Shown: positions 35,403-49,357, counted from the stretch's first letter. The stretch: DNA of 64,000 bases from Anaeromyxobacter sp. (GCA_049840735.1 JASGJN010000013.1:320001-384000), one strand, 5' to 3'. Numbers and translations are program-made. The notes: generated by a model not told the origin, from the letters alone.

Positions 35403-35549
35403 TCAGGGGAGCGGCTTGCCGTCCTGGTCCTGCGGGGGCGCCGCGGCGTCGCGCCTGAAGCGCCGGCCGAGGGCGTCGCCCAGCGCCGGGATGTTGAAGG
35501 CCCCGAAGACGAAGAGCACGACGAGCACGGTGATGGCGATCTCGGCCAT
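35403..35549 (-). CDS. TatA/E-like small membrane protein (48 aa, absent from the ORF track)
   Basis: MAEIAITVLVVLFVFGAFNIPALGDALGRRFRR: TM helix, FG hinge, amphipathic helix; GGAG upstream. Confidence 0.6.
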   Translation of the reverse strand: MAEIAITVLVVLFVFGAFNIPALGDALGRRFRRDAAAPPQDQDGKPLP

Positions 35550-35651
35550 TGCGGGCGATGACTCCAGGTTGCGAGCGGCCGTAGGATAGCGGGCAGCCCG
35601 GCGCTGCGCCAGCGTCGCGGCGGGCGGTCCAGGCCTGGCCAGGCCCTCCCC

Positions 35652-36401
35652 TCAGCCGCTCCGCTCCGCCGCTAGCCGCGCCGCCAGCGCCCGCACCAGC
35701 GGGTGCACGGTGCCGTCGGCGGCCACGTCGGCCAGATCGGCCGCGCCCGCGAAGGGCAGGAGCTTCAACGCCACCTCCGGCTCGACGTAGGGGTTGCGCG
35801 CCACCGCCAGCGCCACCGCCGGCCGGGTCCGCCAGCGCCGCGACTCGGCCACCAGCCGCAGCGTCTCGGGGCGGCAGGGGCGGCGGGCGGCGATCCGGAT
35901 CACGAAGGGCTCGGTCAGCTGCGGGTTGCGCAGGAGCTCGCGCACCACCTCCGGCGTCCCCTCCGCCGCCAGGCGGGCCAGCAGGTCCGGGTCGCGGTGG
36001 GCCCGGGCCAGGGCCTTCTTGTGGCCGAGCGTGAGGCTGGACAGCCGCGGATCGGCGCGGTCGCGCGGCGCCTGGTAGGCCTTGTGCGGGCGCGGCGCCA
36101 CCAGCAGGCTCGACACCTGGGTCAGCCCCCGCTCCACCGCGACCGCGTAGAGCTCGGCGCGCACGTCGTAGGGGAGCCCCTCCGGATCGAGCAGCGCCTG
36201 CCCGACCGCCGCCAGCGCCGCCCGCGCCTCCGCGTCGCCCCAGCCGGAGAGCTCCGCCAGCGTCTCGGCCGCGGCCACCGGGTCGGCGGCGGCGATGGCG
36301 CGCCCGGCGGCGCGGGCGCGGATGGGCCCCTCCTCGTAGTGCAGGAGACCGCGTGCGAACGCGCGCGCCGCGGCGGCGGTCACGGCGCGCTCGGGGTTCA
36401 C
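35652..36401 (-). CDS. Hypothetical helical-repeat protein
   Basis: ELLRNP and AVARNPY repeats; start overlaps the upstream stop. Confidence 0.7.
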   Translation of the reverse strand: MNPERAVTAAAARAFARGLLHYEEGPIRARAAGRAIAAADPVAAAETLAELSGWGDAEARAALAAVGQALLDPEGLPYDVRAELYAVAVERGLTQVSSLLVAPRPHKAYQAPRDRADPRLSSLTLGHKKALARAHRDPDLLARLAAEGTPEVVRELLRNPQLTEPFVIRIAARRPCRPETLRLVAESRRWRTRPAVALAVARNPYVEPEVALKLLPFAGAADLADVAADGTVHPLVRALAARLAAERSG

Positions 36402-38311
36402 GGTCCGGCGCCTCCGGCCGCCGGCGTCACCTCCACGCGCACCGAGGCGCCGGTCAGGTCGCGCGGGGCGTCGGGCACCGGCACCAGGAACGGGAGCCAG
36501 GGCCCTGCCGCCGGCGGGCGGGCCTGCAGCGCGCCCGCCAGCTGGTCCAGCGCGGCGCGATCCACCGCCGCGTACAGCTCCTCCGGCGAGGGCACCACTC
36601 CCGCCAGCCCGTCGGCGGCGGCGAGCACGCGCCCGTCCCGCACCAGCTCGACGTGGACCCGCAGCGGCCCCGCGGGCGTGCCGGGGCGGGGCTGGAGGTC
36701 GCCGCGGACGTAGAGCAGCCCGCCGCCGCCGGCCTGCGGGTAGACCGCCGCGGCCACGTCACGCAGCGTGAACGGCTCGACCGGCGGGCGCCCCCGCAGC
36801 GCCGCCACCAGGGCCGAGGGGCGGAAGGCGTCGGCCAGGGCCACCTCGCCGCGCCACACCAGCCGGAAGGCCAGCGCCAGGACCAGCAGCGCCACCAGCG
36901 AGAGCGCGTTCACCGCCGCGCCGCGCACGCCGCGCAGCGGCCCGCGCTCCGGCTGCAGCGCGGCGCTGCCGGTGACCACCGGGGCAGGGGTGGGGCGCGC
37001 CTGCGGCTTCTTGCGCGGCGCCGGCTCGGGCGCCGGCGCGGGGGCCACCGGGGTGGCGAGCGAGGGCGTGGCCTCGCTGGCCAGCGAGAGCGTGCCGTCG
37101 GAGGGGGGCGCGGGGATGGCCGGCTGGAACGCCGCCTCGAAGGCCAGGGACTCCGGCGTGGCCGGGGTGGGCAGCGGGGCCCCCTCCGCCGGCGACCGCT
37201 GCGGGCGCGAGCCGCTCCGGTCCTCGATGTCCAGGTCGGCGCCCGGGCCCGACGAGGCCGGGCCGGCGGCGCCGTCGAACGGCTCGGAGCCGGCGTCGAA
37301 CGGGTCCGGACCAACCAGGAAGGGATCCGCCCCGGCCGCGAACGGGTCAGGCTCGGCGGCCGCCGCGGCAGGCGCCGGGGCGGAGGGGACCGGCGTGCCG
37401 AAGGGGTCCACGGCGGCGGCGGCCGGCGCCGGCCCGGAGGCGAACGGGTCCTCGGCGGCGGGCTCCGGCGCGGTCGCGGCGGGCCGGGCGGTGAACGGGT
37501 CCGGCGCCGCGGCGGGCCCGGGGGGCGGGGCCGCAGCGGGGCGCTGCGGCGCGGCGGGCGGCAGGGCGCCGAAGGGATCGAGCGGGAGCGGCGGAGGCGC
37601 GGCCGCCGGCGCCGGCGCCGGGCGCGCTGCGAACGGGTCCGGCGTGGGGGCCGGCCGCGGCAGCGGCGGGGGGGTGGCGACCGCGGGCGGCGGCGCCGCC
37701 TGGCGAGGAGGCGGCTGCGGCGCAGGGGGGCGCGGCGCAGCCGGGCGCGAGGGCGCGGCGGCGAAGGGATCCGGCGGCGGGGCGGCCGGGCGGGGCGCGG
37801 GCGGGGCGGCGGCGAACGGGTCCTGTGCCTGCGCCGCAGGGCGCGGCGGCGCGGCCGGCGGCGCTGCGGGCGGGGAGAAGGGGTCCGGCGCGGCGGGCCG
37901 CGGAGCGGGATCGCCCAGCAGCGCCGAGAGGTCCGTCAGCGGCAGGGCCGAGGTGGCGCTCCGGTGCGGGCTCGTGGCCGCCGGCGGCTCGACCAGCGCA
38001 GTGGGCGGGCGCGGCTGGGCAGGCATGGGGGTGGCCACGAAGGGCGCGCCCCAGGCCGCCTGGCCGAAGGGATCGTCGGCCCGCGGGGCCGGGGTGGCCG
38101 GCGGGCCGGCGAAGGGGTCGGGCCCTGGCTCGCCGGCCGGCGCGAAGGGGTCCGGCGCCCCGGCCGGCGAGGGCTCGGAGATGGTGCCGATGTCCCGGTG
38201 GACCAGGAACACCTGCTGGCAGCGCGAACAGCGGACCTTGGCGCCGCGCGGGCCTACCCGCTCGTCCGCCACGCGGAACTTCGCCTCGCATCGCGTGCAG
38301 ATGACGATCAT
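36398..38311 (-). CDS. MJ0042-type zinc-ribbon membrane protein with Pro/Ala linker and DPF repeats
   Basis: [10 protein letters not shown]...[10 protein letters not shown]; low-complexity linker; TM helix; C-terminal beta domain. Confidence 0.85.
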   Translation of the reverse strand: MIVICTRCEAKFRVADERVGPRGAKVRCSRCQQVFLVHRDIGTISEPSPAGAPDPFAPAGEPGPDPFAGPPATPAPRADDPFGQAAWGAPFVATPMPAQPRPPTALVEPPAATSPHRSATSALPLTDLSALLGDPAPRPAAPDPFSPPAAPPAAPPRPAAQAQDPFAAAPPAPRPAAPPPDPFAAAPSRPAAPRPPAPQPPPRQAAPPPAVATPPPLPRPAPTPDPFAARPAPAPAAAPPPLPLDPFGALPPAAPQRPAAAPPPGPAAAPDPFTARPAATAPEPAAEDPFASGPAPAAAAVDPFGTPVPSAPAPAAAAAEPDPFAAGADPFLVGPDPFDAGSEPFDGAAGPASSGPGADLDIEDRSGSRPQRSPAEGAPLPTPATPESLAFEAAFQPAIPAPPSDGTLSLASEATPSLATPVAPAPAPEPAPRKKPQARPTPAPVVTGSAALQPERGPLRGVRGAAVNALSLVALLVLALAFRLVWRGEVALADAFRPSALVAALRGRPPVEPFTLRDVAAAVYPQAGGGGLLYVRGDLQPRPGTPAGPLRVHVELVRDGRVLAAADGLAGVVPSPEELYAAVDRAALDQLAGALQARPPAAGPWLPFLVPVPDAPRDLTGASVRVEVTPAAGGAGP

Positions 38312-38350
38312 ATGGCCCCGCCCGGGATGGAACATTACACCGACCTGTGC

Positions 38351-38391
38351 TTGACACCAAGCAGCGCGGACAGAACAATCCCGCAATTGCG
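38351..38391 (+). promoter_or_regulatory. Sigma-70-like promoter plus palindrome upstream of phaR-like gene
   Basis: TTGACA-N17-AACAAT followed by perfect palindrome CGCAATTGCG (38382-38391). Confidence 0.55.
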
Positions 38392-38419
38392 CACACTTAC
38401 CGCGGCGCATCGAGGGCTC

Positions 38420-39046
38420 ATGAGCGACCAGCCGATTGAGGAAGTGTCCGAGACCACCACCGCCCCCGCCACCGAGCCGGGGCGCGAGCCCAAGGTGATC
38501 AAGCGCTACACCAACCGTAAACTCTACGACACCGAGGAGTCGCGCTACGTCACGCTCGACGAGATTGCCCAGATGATCAAGGGCGGCGCCGAGGTGAAGG
38601 TGCTCGACAACCGCACCAAGGAGGACCTCACCTCGGTGACGCTGGCCCAGATCATCTTCGAGGAGGAGAAGAAGACCTCCAAGATGAGCCTGGAGACCCT
38701 GCGCGACCTGATCCGCCACGGCGGGGAGATGGCCCAGCGGCTGGTCGAGGGGACCCAGGCCGAGCTGCGCGGGCGCGTCGAGGCGGTCCGCGCCGCCGCC
38801 GAGCAGCGCGTCCAGACGCTGCTCACGCGCGGGCAGGAGAGCCGCGAGCGGGCGCTGGAGCTGGTGCAGAGCTCGCAGGAGGCCGTCGCCGCGCTGCAGC
38901 GCCGGGTGGACGAGCGGGTCCGCTCGGCGGTGGACGGCATGTCCAACCTCTCCGACGTGCGCCGCCAGCTGGACGAGATCGCCCAGCGCATCCAGTCGCT
39001 CGAGCAACGGCTGGACGAGGTCGCGCGGCAGGAGAAGAAGGAGTAG
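38420..39046 (+). CDS. PhaR-like protein (PHA-accumulation regulator DNA-binding domain)
   Basis: [23 protein letters not shown]...[12 protein letters not shown]. Confidence 0.9.
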   Translation: MSDQPIEEVSETTTAPATEPGREPKVIKRYTNRKLYDTEESRYVTLDEIAQMIKGGAEVKVLDNRTKEDLTSVTLAQIIFEEEKKTSKMSLETLRDLIRHGGEMAQRLVEGTQAELRGRVEAVRAAAEQRVQTLLTRGQESRERALELVQSSQEAVAALQRRVDERVRSAVDGMSNLSDVRRQLDEIAQRIQSLEQRLDEVARQEKKE

Positions 39047-39048
39047 CC

Positions 39049-39853
39049 CTACCCGGCGGCCCGGGTCCGGGCCTCTCGCGCCAGCAGCTCGTCGGCGATG
39101 GCGGCCAGCGCCGCCGCGCCGGACGAGCGCGGCGCGTACTCGAAGATGGTCTGCCCGTGGCTCTGGGCCTCGTCGACCTTCACCGACCAGCCCAGCACCG
39201 TGCGGCAGAGCTGCTCCGGGAAGCGCTCGCGCAGCTTGGCCAGGATCTCCTCGGCCAGCTGCGTGTTGCGGTGGAGCGTGGCCACCACCATGGTCAGCGC
39301 CGGGGCCCGGCCGTGGCTCGCCTGCAGCGCCTCCAGGCTCTGCATGATCTCGGCGCAGCCGTCCAGCGCCAGGTAGGTGAGCGCCACCGGGATTACCAGC
39401 TCGCGGGCCCCGCGCAGCACGTTCTCGGTGACCAGCGACTGCGACGGCGGCGAGTCGATCAGCACCGCGTCGTAGGCCGCCGCGCCGGCCCGGCGCCGCT
39501 CCTCGACCAGCGCGTCGCAGCCGGCGGTCGAGCCGATTGGCCCGATCGAAGGCCGGGGCGACCGCCACCGGGAAGCCGGCCAGGTCCTTGTTGGCGGGGA
39601 GCAGGTCCAGCCCGGGCACCGGCGTGGGCCGGACCACCGCCTCGGCCGGGAGCGCCGGGGCGAGCAGCCAGTCGTGGACCGTGGGCGAGAGGCCGCGCAC
39701 GTCGACGCCCAGCGACTTGCCGGCGTGCCCCTGCGTGTCCATGTCCACCACCAGCACGCGCCGCCCGCGCGCCGCCAGGCGCGCCGCCACGTTCACGCAG
39801 AGCGTGGTCTTGCAGGTGCCGCCCTTCTCGTTGATGAAGGCGATCCGGCGCAT
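39049..39853 (-). CDS. ParA/Soj family ATPase (frameshift ~39515)
   Basis: NEKGGTCKTT, VDMDTQGH, YDAVLIDSPPS, EAQSHGQTIFEYAPRS. Confidence 0.92.
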
Positions 39854-39868
39854 GTCCGCGCCCCGGGC

Positions 39869-40198
39869 TCAGCGCTGGCCGCGGCCTGGATCGCCCGGCT
39901 CGCCCTGGCCGGGCGGCACGCGCGAGGACAGGCCGTCGATCATCGACTCCAGCTCCTCCAGCTTGCGCCGGAGCGCGTCCATGTCGTCGCGCGAGGGGAG
40001 GTTGGCGGCGTGGAGCGCCTGCTGCACCCCGCGATCCAGCGTCTCCCTGGCCTGCACGGCCGACGAGACCAGGGTCTGGATCCCGGAGGTGACGCGCTCG
40101 CTGGCCAGGAGCTTCCCGACCACCTTCCCCACCCCCTGCTCGCCGGCCTCCAGGGCCTTCCGGAGCATCGGGTTACGCAGCACGTCGTCGAGGCGCAT
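39869..40198 (-). CDS. Phasin/granule-associated-like coiled-coil protein
   Basis: ANLPSRDDMDALRRKLEELE resembles phasin/PhaF-type C-termini; next to the phaR-like gene. Confidence 0.55.
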   Translation of the reverse strand: MRLDDVLRNPMLRKALEAGEQGVGKVVGKLLASERVTSGIQTLVSSAVQARETLDRGVQQALHAANLPSRDDMDALRRKLEELESMIDGLSSRVPPGQGEPGDPGRGQR

Positions 40199-40230
40199 GA
40201 TGGTGGACTTGTCCCCCTCCCCTCGCTAGC

Positions 40231-41199
40231 TTGTCAAGCCTCGTGGCCCCCTCGCCCCTTCTCGACCGGCGGCTCGTGTTCGTGACCGGGAAGGGCGGCG
40301 TGGGGAAGTCCACCGTGACCGCCGCCCTGGCGCTGCTGGCGGCCCGCGCCGGCAAGCGGGTGCTGGTGTGCGAGGCCAACGCCCCCCAGGAGCGGATCGC
40401 CCCGCTGCTGGGCGCGCCGCCGGCCGGCCCGGCCATCCGCGAGGCCCGCCCCGGCCTGTTCACGCTCAACGTCGGGCCGCGCGAGGCCATGCGCGAGTAC
40501 GGGCTGCTGGTCCTCCGCTTCAAGGCGGTCTACGACGCCGTCTTCGAGAACCGGCTCATGCGCTACTTCCTGCGCGTGATCCCGGCGCTGGCCGAGCTGG
40601 TCACGCTGGGGAAGATCCTGCACGAGGTGCGGAGCGTCGGCCCCGAGGGCCGCCCGCGGTGGGACCTGGTGCTGGTGGACGCGCCCGCCACCGGCCACGC
40701 GGTGCAGCTGCTGCGCGTCCCCTCGGCGCTGCTCGACACCGTGCCGGCCGGCCCGCTCCGCCACGACGCCGAGTGGATGCAGCGGCTGCTGGTGGACCCG
40801 GTCACCACCGCCCTGGCGCTGGTGACCCTGCCCGAGGAGCTGCCGGTCAACGAGGTGATCGAGCTGGACGCGCAGGTGCGCGGGGTGCTGGGCATGGCGC
40901 GCGCCGCGCTGATCGTCAACGCCGTGCCGCCGGTCCGCTTCGCGCCGGACGAGGCGGCGCGCCTGCCGGCGCTGGCCGGGGCGCCGCCGCCGCTGGGGCC
41001 GGCGGCCCGCGCCGCGGCGCTGCAGGCCGCGCGGGCCGCGGCGGCCCACCATCATCTGGCCCGCGCCCGCGCCGCCATCGACCTGCCGGCGCTGGAGCTG
41101 CCGCTCCTGCCGGCGGCGGCCTGGGGGCCGGCCGAGGTGGAGGCGGTGGCGGCCGCCCTGCAGGCCGCGGGCGCCGCGCGCGCCGGAGGTGCGCGGTGA
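40231..41199 (+). CDS. ArsA/GET3-family ATPase, copy 1
   Basis: VTGKGGVGKST, VDAPATGH, VTLPEELPVNE. Confidence 0.9.
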   Translation: MSSLVAPSPLLDRRLVFVTGKGGVGKSTVTAALALLAARAGKRVLVCEANAPQERIAPLLGAPPAGPAIREARPGLFTLNVGPREAMREYGLLVLRFKAVYDAVFENRLMRYFLRVIPALAELVTLGKILHEVRSVGPEGRPRWDLVLVDAPATGHAVQLLRVPSALLDTVPAGPLRHDAEWMQRLLVDPVTTALALVTLPEELPVNEVIELDAQVRGVLGMARAALIVNAVPPVRFAPDEAARLPALAGAPPPLGPAARAAALQAARAAAAHHHLARARAAIDLPALELPLLPAAAWGPAEVEAVAAALQAAGAARAGGAR

Positions 41200-42318
41200 G
41201 CCCCGGCGGCGTGCGGGCGCGGCTGGCCGGGCGGCGCATCGCCGTCTGCGTGGGCCCGGGCGGCGTGGGCAAGACCACCGTCTCGGCGGCGCTGGCGCTG
41301 GCGCGGGCCCAGGAGGGCGGGCGCGCGCTGGTCTGCACCATCGATCCGGCCCGGCGGCTCGCCAACGCGCTGGGGCTGGCGGCGCTGGGCAACGTCGAGA
41401 CCCGGGTGCCGCCGCAGAAGCTGGCCGAGGCCGGACTGGAGCCGCGGGGCGAGCTGTGGGCCATGATGCTGGACGTGAAGCGGACCTGGGACGACCTGGT
41501 GACCCGCCACGCGCCCGACCCGGCCCGGCGCGACCGGATCCTGGGCAACCGGCTCTACCAGCAGATGTCGTCGGCGCTGGCCGGCTCGCAGGAGTACATG
41601 GCGATGGAGAAGCTGTACGAGCTGGCGGTGGATTGCGACTACGATTCTCATCGTCCTCGACACGCCCCCCACCGCCCACGCGCTCGACTTCCTCGACGCC
41701 CCGGACCGCATGCTCGACTTCCTGGGCAACGAGACCGCGCGGGCGCTGCTGGCGCCGGCGCTGGGGGCCGGCCGCTTCGGGCTGCGGCTGGCGCAGCTGG
41801 GCGGCAGCTACCTGGCGCGCGGCCTGGCCCGCTTCACCGGGCAGCAGGCCCTCTCCGACCTGGGCGACTTCCTCCAGGGCTTCCAGGGCATGTACGACGG
41901 GTTCAAGGCGCGCGCGGCCGCGGTGCGCGCGCTCCTCTCCCGGCCCGAGGTCGGCTTCGTGCTGGTCAGCTCGCCCAGCCCGCTCTCGGTGGAGGAGTGC
42001 CTGACCTTCCACCGGGCGCTGCAGGAGAAGCGGATGCCGGTGGCGGGCGTGGTGGTCAACCGGCTCACCCCGGCGCTGTGGGCCGGCGGCGCGCTGCCCG
42101 GCGCCGCCGCCCTGGCCGCGGCCCTCCCGCCCGACGCGGCGGGGCTGGCGCCGCGGCTGGCCGCGGCGCTGGCCGAGCACCAGGCGCTGGCCGCCGCCGA
42201 GCGGGAGGCGCTCGCCCCCCTGCTCGCCGCGGTCCCGGCGGCGCAGGCGCTGGTCCCCCGCCTGGAGTCCGACGTCCACGACCTCGCGGGCCTCGCCAGC
42301 CTGGCCCGTGGGCTCTAG
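41196..42318 (+). CDS. ArsA/GET3-family ATPase, copy 2 (frameshift ~41645)
   Basis: GPGGVGKTT, TIDPARRLANALG, GSQEYMAMEKL, LDTPPTAHALDFL. Confidence 0.9.
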
Positions 42319-42331
42319 GATGGCCAGCGGC

Positions 42332-42745
42332 ATGGCCTCCTTCACCGAGCTGCAGATCCCCACCCGCGCCGCCACCCAGCTGGTGGACGTGACGGAGCGG
42401 GTGCGCGAGGCGGTGCGGGCCTCGGGCGTGCGCGACGGCCTCTGCGTCGTCCACAGCCCCCACACCACGGCCGGCGTCACCGTGCAGGAGAACGCCGACC
42501 CGGACGTGCAGCGCGACCTCCTGCTGGCCCTGGCCCACGCCGTCCCGGACGCGCTCCCCGGCGCCGGGTACCGGCACGCCGAGGGGAACAGCCCGGCCCA
42601 CGTGAAGACCTCGCTGGTGGGCACCTCGGCCACGCTGATCGTGGCCGGCGGGGACCTGGTGCTGGGCACCTGGCAGGGCGTGTACCTGTGCGAGTTCGAC
42701 GGCCCGCGCACGCGGCGCCTGCTGGTGAAGCTCCTGCCCGGATGA
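42332..42745 (+). CDS. YjbQ/UPF0047 family protein
   Basis: HTTAGVTVQENADPDV, HAEGNSPAHVK, LGTWQGVYLCEFDGPR. Confidence 0.93.
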   Translation: MASFTELQIPTRAATQLVDVTERVREAVRASGVRDGLCVVHSPHTTAGVTVQENADPDVQRDLLLALAHAVPDALPGAGYRHAEGNSPAHVKTSLVGTSATLIVAGGDLVLGTWQGVYLCEFDGPRTRRLLVKLLPG

Positions 42746-42755
42746 CGCCGCCGAC

Positions 42756-43916
42756 ATGATCCCACGCCTGCCGAAGCCCCTCCTCGCCGCCGCCGCGCTG
42801 GCCGCCCTCGCCGCCTGCGCCACCGCGCGCCCGCCGGCCGCCGCCCCCTGCGCCACCGGCCCCTGCCCCGACGCGACCGCGCCCGCCGCCACGCCGCCCG
42901 GCGCCCCGCCGCCCGCGGTGGCCTTCGCGCCGGAGGAGGTGAAGGTCACCCCGCTCGACCTCGAGCTCGCCGGCAAGAACGACGAGGAGCTGTTCGCCAT
43001 CGGCACCGCCGCCTACGGCGCCGGCGACCACGCCCGCGCCGCGGCCGCCTTCGCGCGCCTGGCCGATCTCTTCCCCGGCTCCGCCCGCGAGGCCACCGCG
43101 CTCTTCAACGCCGGCCTGGCCTACCAGCGGCTCGGGGAGTGGCGGCTGGCGCTGGAGCGGTTCAGGGCGCTGGAGCGGCGCTACGAGGGGCCCGACGCGC
43201 TGGAGGCCACCTTCAAGGCGGCCGAGTGCCTCTACCACCTCGAGCAGCTGGAGGACGCGCGCGCGGTGCTGGACGGCATCGCGGCGCGCCCGGGCCTGGC
43301 GCCGGCCGAGCGGATCCGCGCGCTGGCACAGCGCGGGGTGGTGGAGCTGGAGCTGGGCCAGCCGGAGACCGCGGAGAAGACGCTGCGGGGCGCGCTGGCG
43401 GCCTGGACGGCGGTGGGGACCCGGGACCAGCTCGACCCCTACTACGCCGCGCAGGCGCAGTACTACCTGGGCGAGACCTACCGCAGCTGGTTCCTGGCGC
43501 TGCGGGTCGATCCCTCCGCCGGCGACGAGGCCCGGCTGCAGGCCGACCTGGAGCACAAGTCCGAGATGCTCCTCTCTGCGCAGGGCCACTACCTGCGCGC
43601 CATCCGCATGGGCGACGACCGCTGGGCGGTGGCCAGCGGCTTCCGCATCGGCGAGCTGTACGACGCGCTGCGGGCCGAGCTGCTCGACGCCCCGCTCCCG
43701 CCCAACCTCGCCGGGCCGGAGGAGCAGGAGGCCTACCGGGCCCAGCTGCGCGAGCGCGTGCGGGTGCTGGCCACCAAGGCCATCTCCGCCTACGAGGCCA
43801 CGCTGGGCCGCGCCACGCGCTCGGGCGTGGAGGACCTGCGCTTCCTGGCCGACGCGCAGGCCTCGCTCGACCGCCTGCGCCAGGCGCTGCGCGACGAGGC
43901 CGGCGCGGGCATCTGA
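42756..43916 (+). CDS. TPR-repeat lipoprotein
   Basis: Lipobox LAAC; TPR-like ALFNAGLAY, AQYYLGE. Confidence 0.85.
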   Translation: MIPRLPKPLLAAAALAALAACATARPPAAAPCATGPCPDATAPAATPPGAPPPAVAFAPEEVKVTPLDLELAGKNDEELFAIGTAAYGAGDHARAAAAFARLADLFPGSAREATALFNAGLAYQRLGEWRLALERFRALERRYEGPDALEATFKAAECLYHLEQLEDARAVLDGIAARPGLAPAERIRALAQRGVVELELGQPETAEKTLRGALAAWTAVGTRDQLDPYYAAQAQYYLGETYRSWFLALRVDPSAGDEARLQADLEHKSEMLLSAQGHYLRAIRMGDDRWAVASGFRIGELYDALRAELLDAPLPPNLAGPEEQEAYRAQLRERVRVLATKAISAYEATLGRATRSGVEDLRFLADAQASLDRLRQALRDEAGAGI

Positions 43917-43937
43917 CCCGCCGCCGGCCGGCGCCGC

Positions 43938-44963
43938 CTACTCGAAGACCTGGGCCAGCTGCCCGGCGTCCTGCTCGCCGTTGAGCTCGCGCAGGCGGCG
44001 GTAGATGACCGGGGGCGCCACGCCCAGCAGCGCGGTCTGCACCGCGTTCAGGGCCACGGACACCACCTGCACCGCGCGGAACCCGAGGCCCACCGGCTCG
44101 TCCAGCGCCAGGGCGCGCGCCTGCATCACCGACTGCACGATCCCGGTCACGGACCCGATGCCCCACAGCGCGAGCATCAGCACCAGCACGACGGCGAAGA
44201 TCGTCATCCGGTGGCCACGGGTGAGGGCCCAGCTGCGGCTGAACCCGTTCCATGGCCCGCGCCCTTCCAGCACCACCGCCGGCCTGACCGCCACCCACCC
44301 GCACCCCAGGATCGCGGGGACCACGACGGTGCAGCACGTGCCCATGATCGCCAGGCCCAGCAGCGCCTCGGCCGCGAGCAGCGGCAGGTAGCGCCGGACC
44401 GCGAGCTGCAGGGCCGGGCCGGGCGACGCGGGCCCACCCTGGAGCTGCTGGGTCACCAGGGCCGTGATGGCCCCGCCGGCCAGCGGCGAAAGGAGCGCGC
44501 TGCCCAGCATCATGTACGTGAGGGGGCCCGCCAGGGCGCGCAGCGGCGCGAAGGGATCGCCCGCCGAGGGCCGGGGTTGCGCGAGCGGGTCGATCGAGAG
44601 CGCGTAGATGGCCATGGGCAGCACGGCCACCGCCCCCAGCGCCACCAGCGGCCCCACCCCCTGCCCGAACTGCCTGAGGATCAGCGACAGGGTGGCGCCC
44701 ACGTCGAGCACGTTCCGCGCGGCCGCGCTCCCTGCGCCCCAGCCGCCGCCAGGGGGCGCGCCGGGGAGCGGCGCCTGCGGCGGGGGCGGCGGGGCGGCGC
44801 CGGGCCCCCAGCCCTGCGGCGCGGCCGGCGCAGCCGCCAAGGGCGGCGGCGCAGCCGCTCCCAGCGGCGGCGGCGCCAGCTGCGCATGGCAGCGCGGGCA
44901 CTGCCCGTCCGGCCTCGGGTGATGGTTCAGGCCGCAGCCTGCACAGCGGATCCACGGCTCCAT
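43938..44963 (-). CDS. Hypothetical multi-pass membrane protein with N-terminal CxxC..CxxC
   Basis: CAGC..CPRC; RSWALTRGHR; ends DAGQLAQVFE. Confidence 0.75.
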   Translation of the reverse strand: MEPWIRCAGCGLNHHPRPDGQCPRCHAQLAPPPLGAAAPPPLAAAPAAPQGWGPGAAPPPPPQAPLPGAPPGGGWGAGSAAARNVLDVGATLSLILRQFGQGVGPLVALGAVAVLPMAIYALSIDPLAQPRPSAGDPFAPLRALAGPLTYMMLGSALLSPLAGGAITALVTQQLQGGPASPGPALQLAVRRYLPLLAAEALLGLAIMGTCCTVVVPAILGCGWVAVRPAVVLEGRGPWNGFSRSWALTRGHRMTIFAVVLVLMLALWGIGSVTGIVQSVMQARALALDEPVGLGFRAVQVVSVALNAVQTALLGVAPPVIYRRLRELNGEQDAGQLAQVFE

Positions 44964-44978
44964 GGCGTCCCCCTCGCC

Positions 44979-45890
44979 CTACTCGAACACCTGCGCCAGC
45001 TGCCCGGCGTCGCTCTCGCCGTTCGCGGCGCGCAGCCGGTGGTGCACCACGACCGGACCGACCGCGAGGACCGCGAGCAGCACCAGGTTGAGCGCCGAGA
45101 CGAGAAGGCCCACCACGATCAACGGGCCGCCGCCCTCGACGTTCCTGCCAGGGCCGAAGCTGAGGGTGAACACCCCCACCTCCAGCGCCAGGAACACCAG
45201 GAACCAGCCCAGCAGCGGCACCAGGAACACCAGGAAGACGGCCAGCCGGTGACCCTGGGTCAGCTCGCGGCTGCGCCGCAAGGCAGCCAGCGGTCCGCGC
45301 TGCTCGAGCAGCGCCGCCGGAGCCGAGACTGCCCATCGGGTCAGGATCCGGGCGACCATCCACAGGAACCCCAGGAACGCGACGATCAGCGCGGCGAAGC
45401 TCAGCACCCACACGCGGGGGCCGAAGGCCGCTCCCACCATCGCCATGACCATGATCGCCACCACGTAGACCACGGCGAGCGTCAGGCCGACCAGCACGTG
45501 CAGCCCGAGCAGCGACAGGTAGCGCCGGCCCGCCCGCGCCAGCGCGTCCCGCAGCGTGGGCCGCTCACCCCGGAGCTGGCGGTCGGCGCAGGCCATCATG
45601 GCGCCGCTGATGAAGGGGGCGACGAGCAGGAACACGAGCAGGACGCCGAGCACGGTCACCAGCACCAGCTCTTCGGGCCCGTTCCTCATGGACACGAACG
45701 TCACGGCCAAGGCCGAGACCACGCCCCAGGGCACGAGGCCCAGGAACCCCAGCAGCAAGAGCCGCCACCATCCGCGGCCGACGTGCGTGAAGATCTCGCC
45801 CAGCGCGGCTCCGACCCCGAGCCGCGGCGCCGCGGCCAGGGGCGGCGGCGGCTGCTGCGCAGCGACGGGTTGCGACTCCCAGGCTTCCAC
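44979..45890 (-). CDS. Hypothetical multi-pass membrane protein, paralogue of the neighbour
   Basis: RSRELTQGHR; ends DAGQLAQVFE. Confidence 0.75.
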   Translation of the reverse strand: MEAWESQPVAAQQPPPPLAAAPRLGVGAALGEIFTHVGRGWWRLLLLGFLGLVPWGVVSALAVTFVSMRNGPEELVLVTVLGVLLVFLLVAPFISGAMMACADRQLRGERPTLRDALARAGRRYLSLLGLHVLVGLTLAVVYVVAIMVMAMVGAAFGPRVWVLSFAALIVAFLGFLWMVARILTRWAVSAPAALLEQRGPLAALRRSRELTQGHRLAVFLVFLVPLLGWFLVFLALEVGVFTLSFGPGRNVEGGGPLIVVGLLVSALNLVLLAVLAVGPVVVHHRLRAANGESDAGQLAQVFE

Positions 45891-45968
45891 GTGTTCCCCC
45901 TCCGCGTGGGCTACTCCGGAGGAGCCACGTTACACGGCCGGGGGCCCGGCCGGAAGCGCGCTGACCGC

Positions 45969-47783
<1,815 letters not shown>

Positions 47784-47935
47784 GGGCGGGCCTCCTGCGG
47801 ATCGCGCCGGAATCTAGACCCAATTCGCCCGCCCCGCGACAGGCGCGAGGTGCCCCCGCCCGCCTGGCCCCGTCACCGCCCCGGGCCAGCGCCATCCGCC
47901 ATAGCAGCCACCCATCCGCGACTGCGACAGAGTGA

Positions 47936-49354
<1,419 letters not shown>

Positions 49355-49357
49355 AGC

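Noticed and set aside
36398..39853. 1151-aa ParA-zinc ribbon fusion in the ORF track
   Set aside because: Produced by the ParA frameshift reading through the antisense strand of the phaR-like gene
40231..42318. Arsenic resistance operon
   Set aside because: No arsB/acr3/arsC/arsD/arsR nearby; single-domain pair fits the GET3-like group
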